Notes under the pieces: model-generated
Seen by the model: only the letters and a program-made list of their open reading frames with translations
Told to the model about the DNA's origin: nothing
Database searches by the model: none
Shown here: piece by piece, positions 61,987-64,000 of the stretch
Numbering within the stretch: the first letter of the stretch is position 1
Layout: every line of letters starts with the position of its first letter
NCBI GenBank assembly: GCA_040767805.1
Contig: JAXGNU010000001.1
Coordinates: 96,001-160,000 of the forward strand
Source of the DNA: Thermovirgaceae bacterium
GTDB taxonomy: Bacteria > Synergistota > Synergistia > Synergistales > Thermovirgaceae
Reading direction: 5' to 3'
DNA length: 64,000 nt
Position numbers and translations under genes: made by a program

Positions 61987-63060
61987 CTAACCGCTCTCCT
62001 TTCTCACCAGGAACACCCGGTAGTTCCGAAAGAACTCGAAGCCCAGCACTGAGAAGAGGATGCAGCCCTGGATAACCTGCACGCTGGCCAGGGGGAGCCT
62101 CATGATGACCTGGATGGTCTCACCGCCGACGAGGAGGACCCCCATGAAGAAAGAGACCACCAGTATCGCCCACGGGTTGAGCCTGGCCAGCCAGGCCACG
62201 ATAATGGCCGTATAACCGTAACCGGGCGAGAAACCGGGTTGGAGGCGGCCCTGGAGCCCGGCGATCTCGGTCATCCCCGCCAGCCCCGCTATGGCTCCCG
62301 AGATGAAAAGCACCAGCTCCACGTTGCGGCCGTAGCGTATGCCGGAGTAAACCGCGGCCCTGGGGTTGTCGCCGATGGCCCGGATCTCGAAACCCCATCG
62401 CGTCCACCGGATCACCAGCCTGAACACCAGGACCAGGATCACCGCCGCTACTATCCCCAGGTGGACCCTGGTGCCGAAAAATTGCGGCAGCCGGGCGGAG
62501 GGTGGGAAGGGGGGCGTCATGGGGAACCCCAGGCTGGAAGGGTCGCGCCAGGACCCGTAGATGAAGTAATCGGCGAGGTGAAGGCCGATATAGTTGAGCA
62601 TGAGGGTGGTTATCACCTCGTTCACGTTCCACCGCGACTTCATGAACCCGGCCATATATCCCCAAGCGCCTCCGGCCAAGGCGGCGCCCACCGTCATGGT
62701 TAAAAGCATGACGGCCTGGTTCCCCGATGGGAAATAACGCACCATGGCGGCCGATGCGAGGGCCCCGAGGTAAATCTGCCCCTCGGCGCCGATATTCCAG
62801 GTCTTCATCCTGAAGGCCAGGGCCACGGCTATCCCGGAGATAACCAGGGGTATGGTCTTGACCACCACTTCGCTAAAGCCGTAGCCGCTCCCGAGGGCAC
62901 CACGGAACATGGCCCTGTAGGTCGCCACGGGCGATACCCCGAATACCGAGAGGGCGCCCCCGGCAAAGACCAGGGCCGCCGCGACCGACAGGACAGGGAG
63001 GACCCCTTCGAAGAGCAACCCCGTCTTGAACCTTCTTCTCAGGACTACCCGGTACTTCAT
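61987..63060 (-). CDS. Nucleoside/sugar ABC transporter permease (NupB-like)
   Basis: WNIGAEGQ, NEVITTLMLNY and GYGYTAIIVAWL motifs. True start is probably ATG at 63060. Confidence 0.92.
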   Translation of the reverse strand: MKYRVVLRRRFKTGLLFEGVLPVLSVAAALVFAGGALSVFGVSPVATYRAMFRGALGSGYGFSEVVVKTIPLVISGIAVALAFRMKTWNIGAEGQIYLGALASAAMVRYFPSGNQAVMLLTMTVGAALAGGAWGYMAGFMKSRWNVNEVITTLMLNYIGLHLADYFIYGSWRDPSSLGFPMTPPFPPSARLPQFFGTRVHLGIVAAVILVLVFRLVIRWTRWGFEIRAIGDNPRAAVYSGIRYGRNVELVLFISGAIAGLAGMTEIAGLQGRLQPGFSPGYGYTAIIVAWLARLNPWAILVVSFFMGVLLVGGETIQVIMRLPLASVQVIQGCILFSVLGFEFFRNYRVFLVRKESG

Positions 63061-63068
63061 GGGAAGGA

Positions 63069-64000
63069 TCAAACCACCTTTCCCGGGGCGAAGGGTGCTT
63101 CCGCGCCATGAGGGCGGAACTCTTCGAGGCAGGTCCCGGCCATCATCAGCCCCAGCTGTTCCTCGGTGACGCTGTCGGGATCCTCCACGAGGCCCATGAG
63201 CCCCCCGTTGTGGATGACCGCTATACGATCGCTGAGGGAGAGGATCTCCTCCAGGTCGTCGGAGACCAGCAGGACTCCAGCTCCCTTGTCCCTTTGCTCC
63301 AGCAGGGTCTCCCTGACGAAGAGCGTCGCGCTGACGTCGAGCCCCCAGGTGGGTTGTACCGCGATGACCACCTTGGGGTCGTCGGTGAGCTCCCTGGCCA
63401 ACATCAGTTTTTGCAGGTTCCCCCCTGAGAGCATCCGGGCCGGGTAGCCCAGTCCGGGGTGGACGACGCCGAATCTCTCCACCAGTTGACCCGTGCGGCC
63501 GGCGATGTTCTCCCAGTGAATGAAAAAGTGGAACCGGGTGAACTCTTTCCTCCAGTATTTCCTGAGGGCTATGTTCTCCCTGAGGTTCATCCCGCGGACT
63601 AACCCGGTTCCCATTCTGTCGGCCGGGATATAACTGACGCCTCTCTTCTGGAATTCCCTTATGGGCCGCCCGGCCAACTCGTACCCGTCGACCTTGATGC
63701 TTCCCGCTTCGATCTTCCTGATACCCGCCAGGGCGTCGCACAGCTCCTCCTGGCCGTTGCCGGAGACGCCCGCCAGTCCCAGGAGCTCCTTTTGCCGGAC
63801 ATCGAAGGAAAAGTTGTCCACCCGGGTCCTGCCACGGTCACCCAACACGACGAGGTCCCTGGCCTCCAGCACTACCCTGCCGGGGTTCTGCAGGGTCTTG
63901 CCCACCTGGAAGACCACCTTCCTACCGACCATCATCTCGGCCAGCGATTCCTTGGAGACTTCCGCCACCGGCAGGGTGGCCACCTTCCTGCCCTTGCGGA
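63069..64000 (-). CDS. Nucleoside/sugar ABC transporter ATP-binding protein (C-terminal part, starts beyond the window)
   Basis: MMVGR, GLAGVSGNGQ, LSGGNLQK, QPTWGLD and VSDDLEEI motifs. Confidence 0.93.
   Translation of the reverse strand, partial: RKGRKVATLPVAEVSKESLAEMMVGRKVVFQVGKTLQNPGRVVLEARDLVVLGDRGRTRVDNFSFDVRQKELLGLAGVSGNGQEELCDALAGIRKIEAGSIKVDGYELAGRPIREFQKRGVSYIPADRMGTGLVRGMNLRENIALRKYWRKEFTRFHFFIHWENIAGRTGQLVERFGVVHPGLGYPARMLSGGNLQKLMLARELTDDPKVVIAVQPTWGLDVSATLFVRETLLEQRDKGAGVLLVSDDLEEILSLSDRIAVIHNGGLMGLVEDPDSVTEEQLGLMMAGTCLEEFRPHGAEAPFAPGKVV

Noticed and set aside
63061..63741. N-terminal extension of the 584-aa ABC permease ORF
   Set aside because: It is an alternative frame of the ABC ATPase gene. 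The permease starts at about 63060.

Overview
GC-rich bacterial core-genome segment, most consistent with Synergistota. This taxon is inferred from gene content and order, not from a search. Almost all genes lie on the minus strand. In window order it contains: partial hisC, murA, wecB, tagO/wecA and an rpiB::upp fusion; meaB with a small membrane protein; a Gfo/Idh/MocA oxidoreductase, pgeF, folC, valS, engB, lon, clpX, clpP and tig; an 8-tRNA operon; rqcH/NFACT; rluD and ileS; a TAXI-type TRAP permease, DUF1850, pcm and tRNA-Arg; the rimP-nusA-infB-rbfA-truB-ribF operon; guaB; ispDF, PIN/TRAM, recR and ybaB; a 9-gene V/A-type ATPase operon led by a dead-MraY::TagA fusion and a CBS protein; serS, ribH, ribBA, ribE, ribD and uvrC; cysS and gpt; and a nucleoside-type ABC transporter. 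I found no mobile element, prophage, CRISPR array or defence system. The most interesting points are (1) the apparent operon joining a pseudo-MraY::TagA fusion and a standalone CBS protein to the V/A-ATPase, (2) the RpiB-Upp fusion in a locus lacking the F-type atp genes usually found there in Firmicutes, (3) a cluster of at least six frame switches in lon, probably a sequencing artefact, (4) a shared 17-base promoter-region motif upstream of clpX and ybaB-recR, and (5) a duplicated tRNA-Lys(CTT) with a compensatory stem change.
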